DNA from: Alphaproteobacteria bacterium
Lineage (GTDB): Bacteria > Pseudomonadota > Alphaproteobacteria > JBFXJJ01
Length of the DNA: 64,000 nt
Direction of reading: 5' to 3'
Assembly (NCBI GenBank): GCA_050175015.1
Contig: JBFXJJ010000005.1
Span: 64,001-128,000, forward strand
Part shown: positions 9,619-17,464 of the stretch, one piece after another
Layout: every line of letters begins with the position of its first letter
How positions within the stretch are numbered: the stretch's first letter is position 1
Translations under genes and position numbers: made by a program
The notes under the pieces: model-generated
What the model saw: only the letters and a program-made list of their open reading frames with translations
The model's database searches: none
What the model was told of the DNA's origin: nothing

Positions 9619-9692
9619 GTAGAAAACGTCAAAGATTTTACGGTTTTCGCCAGTGGTGGCGATTTATTAGAAATATTTATTTTAAGAGGTAA
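9615..9692 (+). CDS. Unannotated 25-aa Arg/aromatic-rich peptide MSRKRQRFYGFRQWWRFIRNIYFKR
   Basis: ATGA overlap with upstream stop, GGAG at 9604-9607, fills the gap to the next gene. Confidence 0.55.
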   Translation: MSRKRQRFYGFRQWWRFIRNIYFKR

Positions 9693-9696
9693 AAAA

Positions 9697-10329
9697 ATGG
9701 AAGAAATTCTAAACGAAAACAAAGAGATACCAGAGGGTTGTATGAAAGACGCTAAAGGGCGTTTTGTGCCTGAAAATTTAGTTAAAGATGTTGATAAGTT
9801 AGAAGATCAACTGGTGCGTAAAATTATGAGTTTTGCGTTTGAGTTAAACGCTCAAATCAGCCGCTTCAAAGGTCATTCCTTTGAAGATATTGGAGCATTT
9901 ATGGACATCTTGGCTGATAAATACGGCGTAAAACGAGGAGGAAAAAAAGGCAATTTATCGCTGTCAACTTTTGACGGAGAGATGAAAGTCGCGGTCCAGG
10001 TTGCCGAACATCTTGAATTCGGTAATGAATTGCAGATAGCCAAACAACTCGTTGATGAATGTATTAGCAAATGGGCTGAAGGCTCAAACGATAAAATTAG
10101 AGCTCTGGTTGAACATGCTTTCCAAACTGATAAGGAAGGAAAAATAAACAGAGAAGCTTTGTTTGCCTTACGTCGTCTGCAAATTGACGACGAAGACTGG
10201 AAAAGAGCGATGGAGGCTTTAACTGATTCTATCCGTGTTGTTGGTTCTAAGCAGTATATGAGGTTTTATTTCAGAAAAAGTTCTGAGGAAAAATTTTCAA
10301 CGTTAACAATCGATTTAGCAAACGCTTAG
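9697..10329 (+). CDS. DUF3164 family Mu-like phage protein
   Basis: MKDAKGRFVPENLVK, GGKKGN..L.TFDG, W..AM.AL.DS....GSK.Y.RFY motifs. Confidence 0.85.
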   Translation: MEEILNENKEIPEGCMKDAKGRFVPENLVKDVDKLEDQLVRKIMSFAFELNAQISRFKGHSFEDIGAFMDILADKYGVKRGGKKGNLSLSTFDGEMKVAVQVAEHLEFGNELQIAKQLVDECISKWAEGSNDKIRALVEHAFQTDKEGKINREALFALRRLQIDDEDWKRAMEALTDSIRVVGSKQYMRFYFRKSSEEKFSTLTIDLANA

Positions 10330-10340
10330 TAGGAATAGTT

Positions 10341-10544
10341 ATGGAAGCAATAATAACTATTAAAGATTTAGATAATGGCAGGTGTCATGTTAGCGTCAAT
10401 TTCAAACCAGATTCAATTGAAAATACACCTGCCGTTATAATGGCTCTTAGCTTTTATGAAAAAATTAAAGGCATGGAAGAACAAAGCAAAACGCATGATG
10501 TTTTAGACCTTTTGCGTATATGGGGGACAGTCCCCCCATACTGA
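10341..10544 (+). CDS. Phage hypothetical protein
   Basis: ORF with AGGA RBS in the early operon. Confidence 0.65.
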   Translation: MEAIITIKDLDNGRCHVSVNFKPDSIENTPAVIMALSFYEKIKGMEEQSKTHDVLDLLRIWGTVPPY

Positions 10545-10556
10545 TGAGCTAGACCA

Positions 10557-11003
10557 ATGAATGAAATAGAAAGAAAAGAAATTTATTTAAAAGCCTTAGC
10601 CGTATATGGCAGTGAAATGCAGTTAAATCAAGCTATAGAGGAAATGGCTGAGCTGACAGTTGCTATTAGGCATTTTTTAAGATGCAGACCAAATAACCTT
10701 ATTGAAGAACTAGCAGATGTTTCGGTGATGATAGAACAAATTAGCTTGTTATTTGGAAAAGACGCGATTGAAGCGGTCAAGAAAATTAAAATTAAACGGT
10801 TAGAGAGAAGATTAATGGGTAAATCAATTTTAAACAACGAACCTTGGACAATAAGTGAGATTGTTTTAGCTAGAGATGAAGGCATAGCCTTTGCTGTTCA
10901 TAGAGAAAAGGAGCCTTGGAAAGATGCGCCATATAGAACCAAAACTTATTTGGATGCTCTTCATCTAGTTAACATTCTTAACAACCAAAGGAGTGCAGCA
11001 TGA
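10557..11003 (+). CDS. MazG-like nucleotide pyrophosphohydrolase domain protein
   Basis: EEMAEL...EELADV all-alpha NTP-PPase motif. Confidence 0.75.
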   Translation: MNEIERKEIYLKALAVYGSEMQLNQAIEEMAELTVAIRHFLRCRPNNLIEELADVSVMIEQISLLFGKDAIEAVKKIKIKRLERRLMGKSILNNEPWTISEIVLARDEGIAFAVHREKEPWKDAPYRTKTYLDALHLVNILNNQRSAA

Positions 11004-11329
11004 AAAGGTTATCACAAGTAAAAGATTTCAAAAGGTTATCTATTGATGGAGAAATTGGAGATGATAATCATGGTTGTTTCTCCAAAGGAAACCTCTTTGT
11101 TATTGCTAGTAATGATTTGGGTTGGGATCATGTATCAGTATCTCTTAGAAATAGGTGTCCAACTTGGGAAGAAATGGAACAAGTAAAGCGTGAATTTTTT
11201 CTTCCTGATGAGATGGCTATGCAGTTTCATGTTCCCACAAACAAGCACATAAATATCCATAAATACTGTCTTCATCTTTGGAGACCACATGAACAAGATA
11301 TACCACTTCCTCCAAAATTTATGGTTTAG
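11000..11329 (+). CDS. Conserved phage protein
   Basis: GWDHVSVS..RCPTWEEM..VK..F...HINIH.YCLHLWRP motif, recognisable from many phages. Confidence 0.75.
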   Translation: MKRLSQVKDFKRLSIDGEIGDDNHGCFSKGNLFVIASNDLGWDHVSVSLRNRCPTWEEMEQVKREFFLPDEMAMQFHVPTNKHINIHKYCLHLWRPHEQDIPLPPKFMV

Positions 11330-11346
11330 GATTAATAGGTGCAATT

Positions 11347-11952
11347 ATGAGCAAAAATAATATAGCAGAAATAAAAGAGTTTTTTTTGAGAGATACTAAA
11401 AATCATAAGGTTGAAATATTAAATGATAACGGGAATAACCGCACTCTTTGTTGTTCTAACAATGGCAGTTGCTACTATAAATTCTATATCACCACTTGGA
11501 ATGGATACCTTTGTGTTTCTGGAGATATAGGCGTTTGGGTTTTTAGTAGATTACCGGATATGTTTGAATTTTTTAGAGGTAAAGAAAATCCAGATTTTCA
11601 TTATTGGTCTGAAAAGCTTGAAGGAGGAACAAGCAACAGTCACTCATTAGCAGAGTGCTGGGACGCTGATTTATTTATTGATCAGTTAACGCAGATGATC
11701 AATGAACGCGATTATGATCCTGAAGAGACAGAAAGATTACTTGAGTTGGCTAGGAATGAGATTTTTCCAAAAACAAGTTATGAGGCTGAAGCAGTTTTAG
11801 CAATATTTGACTGTGATGAAATCAACGAAAAAGTATTTGGCAGTTATTATGAGCATGACCTTGGTAAACAATATCATCATCGGTTTGTTTGGGTATGCTT
11901 TGCGATAGTTTGGGCTATTAAAGAATATGACAAAATAAGAGGTGCAGCATGA
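11347..11952 (+). CDS. Conserved phage hypothetical protein
   Basis: ITTW.GYL.VSGD.G..VFSR..DMF.FFR...YW.EKL and AIVWAI..YD motifs. Confidence 0.7.
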   Translation: MSKNNIAEIKEFFLRDTKNHKVEILNDNGNNRTLCCSNNGSCYYKFYITTWNGYLCVSGDIGVWVFSRLPDMFEFFRGKENPDFHYWSEKLEGGTSNSHSLAECWDADLFIDQLTQMINERDYDPEETERLLELARNEIFPKTSYEAEAVLAIFDCDEINEKVFGSYYEHDLGKQYHHRFVWVCFAIVWAIKEYDKIRGAA

Positions 11953-12299
11953 AAGCATTATCGATACGTCAGCCATGGGCTTATCTAATTGTTAACGGAT
12001 ATAAATCCGTTGAAAATCGAAAATGGCCGACTAAATTTCGCGGTGAAGTTTTAATTCACGCTGGCAAAAACCTTGATTTAGAAGGGTTAAAATGGATTAA
12101 AGAACATCACCCTGAAATCAACTTGCCTAAAACTTATCAACTCGGCGGAATTGTGGGTAAAGCAAAGATAGTTGATTGTGTTACGACATCAAAATCACCG
12201 TGGTTTTTTGGAACCTATGGGTTTGTTTTTGAAAATGCAATGCCTTTTCCTTTTGTGCCGTATAAAGGCCAACTCGGTTTTTTTGAGGTGAAGATATGA
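11949..12299 (+). CDS. ASCH domain protein
   Basis: ALSIRQPWAYLIVNGYKSVENRKW.T.FRG..LIHAG; KGQLGFF. Confidence 0.9.
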   Translation: MKALSIRQPWAYLIVNGYKSVENRKWPTKFRGEVLIHAGKNLDLEGLKWIKEHHPEINLPKTYQLGGIVGKAKIVDCVTTSKSPWFFGTYGFVFENAMPFPFVPYKGQLGFFEVKI

Positions 12300-12625
12300 C
12301 TGAAATTACAACAGAAAAACTAAAAGAAATAGCCTCTATCAAAGGCTTTGGTTCAGCTACACAATATATCCGCAATAATGTTGATCCTTTATGGGGCATG
12401 GGCAATGAGTTTAAAAAATACAAAATTAAAGTTCAACAATTAGTTACAACTAAAACTATTGAGACCGCTTATGTTGAGGTTGTTGCAGGATCCGAAGAAG
12501 CCGCTAGATATGAAGTTAAAAAAATGTGGGATTTAGATGATGATTTTGATTGGCTAGAAGAGCCGTGCAGTGAAGAAACATCTTATTCTGATTTTGAAAT
12601 TATGGAAATGGAGCCAATACAATGA
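12296..12625 (+). CDS. Phage hypothetical protein, paralog of 13476..13808
   Basis: Shared EKLKEIASIKGFG..T.YI...VDPLWG; acidic C-terminus. Confidence 0.75.
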   Translation: MTEITTEKLKEIASIKGFGSATQYIRNNVDPLWGMGNEFKKYKIKVQQLVTTKTIETAYVEVVAGSEEAARYEVKKMWDLDDDFDWLEEPCSEETSYSDFEIMEMEPIQ

Positions 12626-12825
12626 CAGTTCAATATTATTCTCCAAAACGTGTTGCAAATCAGGCAAAAAGCAGGATTAAAAAGATTTTAGGTCTGCTTA
12701 ATGAAATTTCCTTACTTTATAACGAGGAAGACGAATGCATTGTTGGTTACTGTGGCCAAGCCATAGATAGCGTGAAAGAAATCGAAATAACCATAACCGA
12801 AACAATTGAGGCAGGTTTATTATGA
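12622..12825 (+). CDS. Phage hypothetical protein
   Basis: ATGA-coupled at both ends. Confidence 0.7.
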   Translation: MTVQYYSPKRVANQAKSRIKKILGLLNEISLLYNEEDECIVGYCGQAIDSVKEIEITITETIEAGLL

Positions 12826-13463
12826 GTAATAAAATAGAGCGTCCATTAGATGATCATTACATAACCCCGCCAGAAGTTGTTAGAGCTTTGCTTTCAGTTG
12901 AACCATTTATGCATTCAAAAATATGGGAGCCTTGTGCAGGCACAGGAGAGCTTGCAGAAACGCTTAGAAGCGAAGGGCGAAATGTTTATGCATCAACCAT
13001 TCAATCAAAAGAATTTTATAACAAAGAATTACCTGATGTTGATTGTGGAGTTGATTTTTTAAAGCAAACTAGAATGTTAGATAATTGTAAAACCATTATT
13101 ACCAATCCACCCTATGGAAGGTTATATGGGAAGAAAGATAAGCTAGCTGTAGAGAAAATTATACGCCATGCAGTGAGTTTGAGATTTTATAAAATGGCTA
13201 TGTTGCTTCCCATGAGTTTTTTAGGAGGAATTGCTCGCAAAGAAGGTCTTTTTAAAGAGCTTCCACCCTCAAGCTTTTACCAATTTTCAAATCGTATCAA
13301 AATGTATCCAGCAGGCATTGATGTTACAGGTAAGAACACACCGCTTAATTATTATGGCTGGTTTGTGTGGCAAGCTGGCGAAATGTGGAAAGAAAGAAAA
13401 CCTGAATTCGCAGGCTGGCTGAATTCCAATGAATTTAAAGAACACATAGTTAAAAGAAATTAA
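12822..13463 (+). CDS. Small phage DNA amino-methyltransferase (N6-adenine type)
   Basis: D.Y.TPP, WEPCAGTG (SAM-binding), TNPPY catalytic motif, GWFVW. Confidence 0.85.
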   Translation: MSNKIERPLDDHYITPPEVVRALLSVEPFMHSKIWEPCAGTGELAETLRSEGRNVYASTIQSKEFYNKELPDVDCGVDFLKQTRMLDNCKTIITNPPYGRLYGKKDKLAVEKIIRHAVSLRFYKMAMLLPMSFLGGIARKEGLFKELPPSSFYQFSNRIKMYPAGIDVTGKNTPLNYYGWFVWQAGEMWKERKPEFAGWLNSNEFKEHIVKRN

Positions 13464-13475
13464 GGAGTTTGTGTG

Positions 13476-13808
13476 ATGGCTGAAATTTCAATAGAGAAAT
13501 TAAAAGAAATAGCTTCTATCAAAGGTTTTGGGAAATCAACGAAATATATTCAAGAAAAGGTTGATCCTTTATGGGGAAAAGAAGGAGACCTTAAAAAATA
13601 TAGAGTTGAGTGTCAACAAACAACGATAGTGTCATATCTTGAACACGGTAGCGTTGAGGTTTTTGCAACTTCGGCAGAAGACGCCAAAATCGAAGCGGAA
13701 CAAATGTGGTGTTCTGATGAAGATTTTGACTGGGAACAAGAATGTTTTACAGAAGAAACAAACCATGAAGACTGTGAAATTAAGAACGTGGAGGTTGTCA
13801 ATGACTGA
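13476..13808 (+). CDS. Phage hypothetical protein, paralog of 12296..12625
   Basis: Clear protein and DNA similarity to 12296..12625; AAGGAG RBS. Confidence 0.75.
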   Translation: MAEISIEKLKEIASIKGFGKSTKYIQEKVDPLWGKEGDLKKYRVECQQTTIVSYLEHGSVEVFATSAEDAKIEAEQMWCSDEDFDWEQECFTEETNHEDCEIKNVEVVND

Positions 13809-14079
13809 AGAGCAAAAAAAGTTAGACGCAATTATTCTGTTCCTGGAAGAAAATATTTTTGTAAACGATTTAAACGAATTGTTTGAAGATTTTGCCGTTG
13901 AGCTAAATGACACTGAAAAAATGTTTTCATTGTACGAAAAAAAGTCAGGGAATGAATTGATAGAAGCTCATGACTTAAATGATGTGTGGCTTGAGTTTCA
14001 ATCAGAATATGCGGTTTTTGATACTTATCCTATACCCTCTATTGATGATTTTATTATTGAGGAATGCCCAAATGAATGA
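13801..14079 (+). CDS. Acidic phage hypothetical protein
   Basis: Start reassigned to ATG 13801 after GGAGG, overlapping the upstream stop. Confidence 0.65.
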   Translation: MTEEQKKLDAIILFLEENIFVNDLNELFEDFAVELNDTEKMFSLYEKKSGNELIEAHDLNDVWLEFQSEYAVFDTYPIPSIDDFIIEECPNE

Positions 14080-14254
14080 AGATGAAAAAAAAGAAATTAC
14101 ATTAACTGACGAAGAACGCCAACCTTGTGAAATTTGGTCTAGAGTGATGGGTTATCACAGACCAGTAGAGCAATGGAACATTGGCAAGAAGGCAGAATTT
14201 GCTGAGAGAAAGGCTTTTAAAGAGCCTAAGGAAGGTTCTGATGACGCCAGATAA
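14072..14254 (+). CDS. Stand-alone 60-aa NrdD (class III ribonucleotide reductase) C-terminal glycyl-radical domain
   Basis: CEIWSRVMGYHRPVEQWNIGKKAEFAERK matches the NrdD RVxGY glycyl-radical loop; GAGGA RBS before ATG 14072. Confidence 0.8.
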   Translation: MNEDEKKEITLTDEERQPCEIWSRVMGYHRPVEQWNIGKKAEFAERKAFKEPKEGSDDAR

Positions 14255-14636
14255 GAGGCCTTTAATCTCAAAGATTCATATTGCCAAAAATCAGCTTGGG
14301 CTTGATGACGGCACGTATAGGGCTGTTTTAAAGCGAATTGCGGGTAAGGAAAGCTCTAGTAAGCTTACTTATAAGCAACTTGTTGATGTGTTAAATGAGT
14401 TTAAAAACCTTGGCTTTAAGCCTGCTCGCAGGGTTAAAATTGCTGACAATCCTAAGGTCCGTATGGTTTATGCCCTATGGAGTGAACTTTACGAATTAAA
14501 AGCTCTTAAATCAAAGAATGGGCTCCGCACCTGGATTAAAAAGATGACAGGCGTTGCTGCTCCAGAGTGGCTTAATGAACGCCAATTAAACACGGTTATA
14601 GAGGCGCTTAAACAGTGGATTGAGAGGGTTAGCTAA
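14241..14636 (+). CDS. gemA: GemA / Mu gp16 family (DUF1018) protein
   Basis: KIHIAKNQLGLDDGTYRAVL...GK.SS..L, GFKP, VIEALKQW. Confidence 0.85.
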   Translation: MTPDKRPLISKIHIAKNQLGLDDGTYRAVLKRIAGKESSSKLTYKQLVDVLNEFKNLGFKPARRVKIADNPKVRMVYALWSELYELKALKSKNGLRTWIKKMTGVAAPEWLNERQLNTVIEALKQWIERVS

Positions 14637-15046
14637 TGTTAGACAGCACCAGCAGTCTTAATTTAACAGGGATACTCGGTGACATTGCAGATGTCGCTGG
14701 GGCTGGTGCTGCCCTGACTATTGCGGATTTGAAGGGCGGAACAATGGCTTATATTCCGCAGCCTGACAACCTAAAGATGGACCACTGGCTTGTTAAGGCT
14801 GTTGGCCTTGAAAAAGCAAAAGAAATTGCCAAGATTTTAGGCGGTGGAGAGGTTGAGGTTCCTCTTGGACCTTTAGCTGGTAATCGTGGCAAAGTGCGCA
14901 AAGCAATTAAAAAATCTCTCAAAGAAGGATTGTCTACAGCACAGACTGCAAAACTTGTAGGAGTGCATTGCCGCACGGTCTATCGCCATAAATCAGACAA
15001 TAACAACTACGATTTTGATGATGATCAATTTGGTTTGTTTGAATGA
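14636..15046 (+). CDS. Mor/C-like transcription activator with C-terminal HTH
   Basis: IADVAG..AAL.IA..KGG..AYIP, C-terminal HTH (TAQTAKLVGVHCRTVYRH); follows gemA as in Mu. Confidence 0.75.
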   Translation: MLDSTSSLNLTGILGDIADVAGAGAALTIADLKGGTMAYIPQPDNLKMDHWLVKAVGLEKAKEIAKILGGGEVEVPLGPLAGNRGKVRKAIKKSLKEGLSTAQTAKLVGVHCRTVYRHKSDNNNYDFDDDQFGLFE

Positions 15047-15174
15047 AAACTTTTTTAAAATATTATCTTGTTTTTTCTTTAGGTTTTCAACTTGGCGCAA
15101 GGTTAAATACAAGTTTTGCCTATGAAGCTGGTTTAACTTCAGGGAAAGCTATTAGAGAATGGTTAGGCATCTAA
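15043..15174 (+). CDS. Unannotated 43-aa hydrophobic peptide MKTFLKYYLVFSLGFQLGARLNTSFAYEAGLTSGKAIREWLGI
   Basis: ATGA overlap with the activator stop; ends just before the next promoter-like sequence. Confidence 0.5.
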   Translation: MKTFLKYYLVFSLGFQLGARLNTSFAYEAGLTSGKAIREWLGI

Positions 15175-15246
15175 AGAATATTGACAGGAGAGTATAAAAA
15201 TATAATAGTTGTTTTTTGTTTTTTTATTAACAGAGCAGGATAATTT

Positions 15247-15855
15247 ATGTCCTTATTTAACTTTTTCAAAAAAAAAATTACGTTATCTAATAATGTTGAT
15301 ATGGAACCAATATGGCTTGGTTACACGCAAATTGTTAAACCAATTAAATTGCCAGAAAATATATTTAATCTACTTGGAGATAGATACATATCAGGCTATT
15401 TGACAGAAACCCCTAGAGATCAAGAACGTTTTTTTATTGAGCAATTAGAAAACATTGAATTTTCTTGGTTTTGGTTTGAAGAATTCAAAGATTTTTTTGC
15501 ACAAATTGGTGCTAAGCCTAATCTTTGGAGTTTATATAAACCAGAAACAAAAGAGGGTTTGTGCAAACTGCTTTATAGTACTATTCGTTTTTCTAGTGCA
15601 GCAATACGAGATATGTATACATTCAAAATGGCAATTAATAGTCAATTGCCAGATTGGGAATATGGCGACCCTATAAAAAAAAGTGATTATAAACGAATTT
15701 CTCTTCGTCTACCTACAGACGAACCTCCTGAAGTCCAAGAAGTTATTAATACCTTTGCTACAAAATTTAATAATGGCGCAGGAAATTGGCCACCTTTCTT
15801 TCCTGGTTGTCGAACAAGTATTAAAATTATGTTTATGTTTGACAATGATGACTAG
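15247..15855 (+). CDS. Moron-like hypothetical protein
   Basis: AT-rich ORF between early and lysis modules; TTGACA at 15181 and TATAAT at 15201 upstream (non-canonical 14-bp spacing). Confidence 0.7.
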   Translation: MSLFNFFKKKITLSNNVDMEPIWLGYTQIVKPIKLPENIFNLLGDRYISGYLTETPRDQERFFIEQLENIEFSWFWFEEFKDFFAQIGAKPNLWSLYKPETKEGLCKLLYSTIRFSSAAIRDMYTFKMAINSQLPDWEYGDPIKKSDYKRISLRLPTDEPPEVQEVINTFATKFNNGAGNWPPFFPGCRTSIKIMFMFDNDD

Positions 15856-15938
15856 GAACAATAGTTCAAGCTTAACAGTTGATAAAAACTCGAAAAAGCG
15901 ATATATGTTTATTAATTAAATCCAACCTTAAAATTTAT

Positions 15939-16008
15939 TAAAACATAATATAAGGGTTTACCCCTGACATTTATCAGCGTTATTTTTATGTGTAATTTAA
16001 GCAAAAAT
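15939..16008 (+). promoter_or_regulatory. Putative late (lysis) promoter with activator-binding box
   Basis: 34-bp sequence 15939-15972 repeated with one mismatch at 23312-23345; dyad CTGACATTTATCAG; -10-like AAAAAT at 16003. Confidence 0.7.
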
Positions 16009-16036
16009 CATCTCATCAACTTTTTTGAGGTGATTT

Positions 16037-16504
16037 ATGAAACTTACAGAAAATTTTACATTAGAAGAATTTACAAAATCAGACACTGCAAAAAGGCTAG
16101 GAATTAATAACACTCCTACGCAAAAAGAGGCGTTTGCTCTGTCTCGATTGTGTGGCTTTGTGTTACAGCCATTACGTAACCATTATCAGCGCCCAGTTAT
16201 TATTAAATCTGGTTATCGCTGCCAAAAACTAAATGAAGCTGTTGGTGGAGCTAAAAATTCACAACACACAAAAGGCGAAGCTGCGGACATTGTTGTTGCA
16301 GGCATTCCTGCATATAAAGTTGCAGAATACCTTGAGGGTACAGCAGATTATGATCAGCTGATTCTTGAAAGAAGAAACTCAATTGATTTTGTTCATGTTT
16401 CTTGGATTGGCTTAGGCAGTAATCGCATTGAAGTTCTTAATTCTCCTCAAAAAGGTCAATTTTTAAGAGGCATACCAGCCCCAGAGGATTGGTATAAGTA
16501 TTAA
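16037..16504 (+). CDS. Endolysin, peptidase M15A family
   Basis: LTENFTLEEF..S, SGYRC..LN.AVGG..NSQH.KGEAADI, FVHVS. Confidence 0.9.
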   Translation: MKLTENFTLEEFTKSDTAKRLGINNTPTQKEAFALSRLCGFVLQPLRNHYQRPVIIKSGYRCQKLNEAVGGAKNSQHTKGEAADIVVAGIPAYKVAEYLEGTADYDQLILERRNSIDFVHVSWIGLGSNRIEVLNSPQKGQFLRGIPAPEDWYKY

Positions 16505-16523
16505 TTTTTAAAAGGAGAATATA

Positions 16524-17054
16524 ATGCCTGCTTTATTAAAAAGCCCCACTTTCTACGCTGCGTTAGTAATAGCTATTGCTAATATTTTATCATACTTCGG
16601 ATTTGAAGTTGGAGATGCTGATAAGACAGAACTATCAACTAACCTAACAGGTTTAGTAACATCAATTTCTGGTCTTGTAATTTTATGGCGAAAAATTAAA
16701 TCTACGAAATCATCAAAGATTATTGTTTTTGCTATATCTTTACCATTTGCCTTATCTATGCTTTCTGCCTGTGCTTTTAATGCCGCAGAAACCTCTGCTC
16801 AAAAGGTTTACGCTTTGCAAGCTGAATTTAATGTCGTGCAAGAAGCTGCTCTTGCTTATGTAACTAGCGAGCAAGCTGACGCCACGATTAAACTGACAGT
16901 TAAAAGATTAGAAGGTATTACTTATGCATCAATTAAAGCCGCTCAAAACGCAGTTGTTGCTGGTAACGCTCCAGCTTTGCCCGCTCTTCTTGCCGCAGGC
17001 AAGGAAGCCTTGACAGAACTCACCAATTACTTACTTGAAAAGGGGATAATTTAA
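16524..17054 (+). CDS. Lysis-module membrane protein: holin-like N-terminus fused to an internal lipoprotein signal
   Basis: Two hydrophobic segments, then a Lys-rich n-region, h-region and LSAC lipobox (Cys83). Confidence 0.55.
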   Translation: MPALLKSPTFYAALVIAIANILSYFGFEVGDADKTELSTNLTGLVTSISGLVILWRKIKSTKSSKIIVFAISLPFALSMLSACAFNAAETSAQKVYALQAEFNVVQEAALAYVTSEQADATIKLTVKRLEGITYASIKAAQNAVVAGNAPALPALLAAGKEALTELTNYLLEKGII

Positions 17055-17055
17055 T

Positions 17056-17247
17056 ATGACCACAGCTGAAGGAATTTTGCTCGGCATTGCCATTGCCGAG
17101 GGTGTAACTAAAGGGATTAAAACAGCTTTTGAAGCTAAAGAGCTTGTTGAAAAATTGGTTGAAGAAAATCGTGATCCTACCGAAGAAGAATGGGAAAAGC
17201 TTAATGCAGTAACTGATGTTGCGCATAATGCCATTCAGAATGCTTAA
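17056..17247 (+). CDS. Small lysis-region protein
   Basis: ORF directly downstream of the lipobox-containing gene; hydrophobic N-terminus. Confidence 0.65.
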   Translation: MTTAEGILLGIAIAEGVTKGIKTAFEAKELVEKLVEENRDPTEEEWEKLNAVTDVAHNAIQNA

Positions 17248-17260
17248 TTGAGGTTGAAAA

Positions 17261-17464
17261 ATGGCTGATTTTGCAGATGATGCGACGGAAAGAGAAGAAG
17301 TTTTTTTCGCCGAAGCTTTAGATAAAATAAAAAACAATCAAGGAGAAGCCTCTGAATTCTGCGAGTGCTGCGGGGCTGAAATACCCGAGAAAAGACGTCA
17401 GGCTATGCCAGGTTGTAAACTTTGTATTTGTTGCCAAGAAAAAAAGGAAAAAAAACGTGTTTAA
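17261..17464 (+). CDS. TraR/DksA C4 zinc-finger protein
   Basis: MADFADDA; CECCGAEIPEKRRQAMPGCKLCICCQ. Confidence 0.9.
   Translation: MADFADDATEREEVFFAEALDKIKNNQGEASEFCECCGAEIPEKRRQAMPGCKLCICCQEKKEKKRV

Noticed and set aside
15879-15907. TTGATA-N17-TATATG promoter-like sequence before the lysis box
   Set aside because: Weak -10 in very AT-rich DNA; cannot be told from chance.
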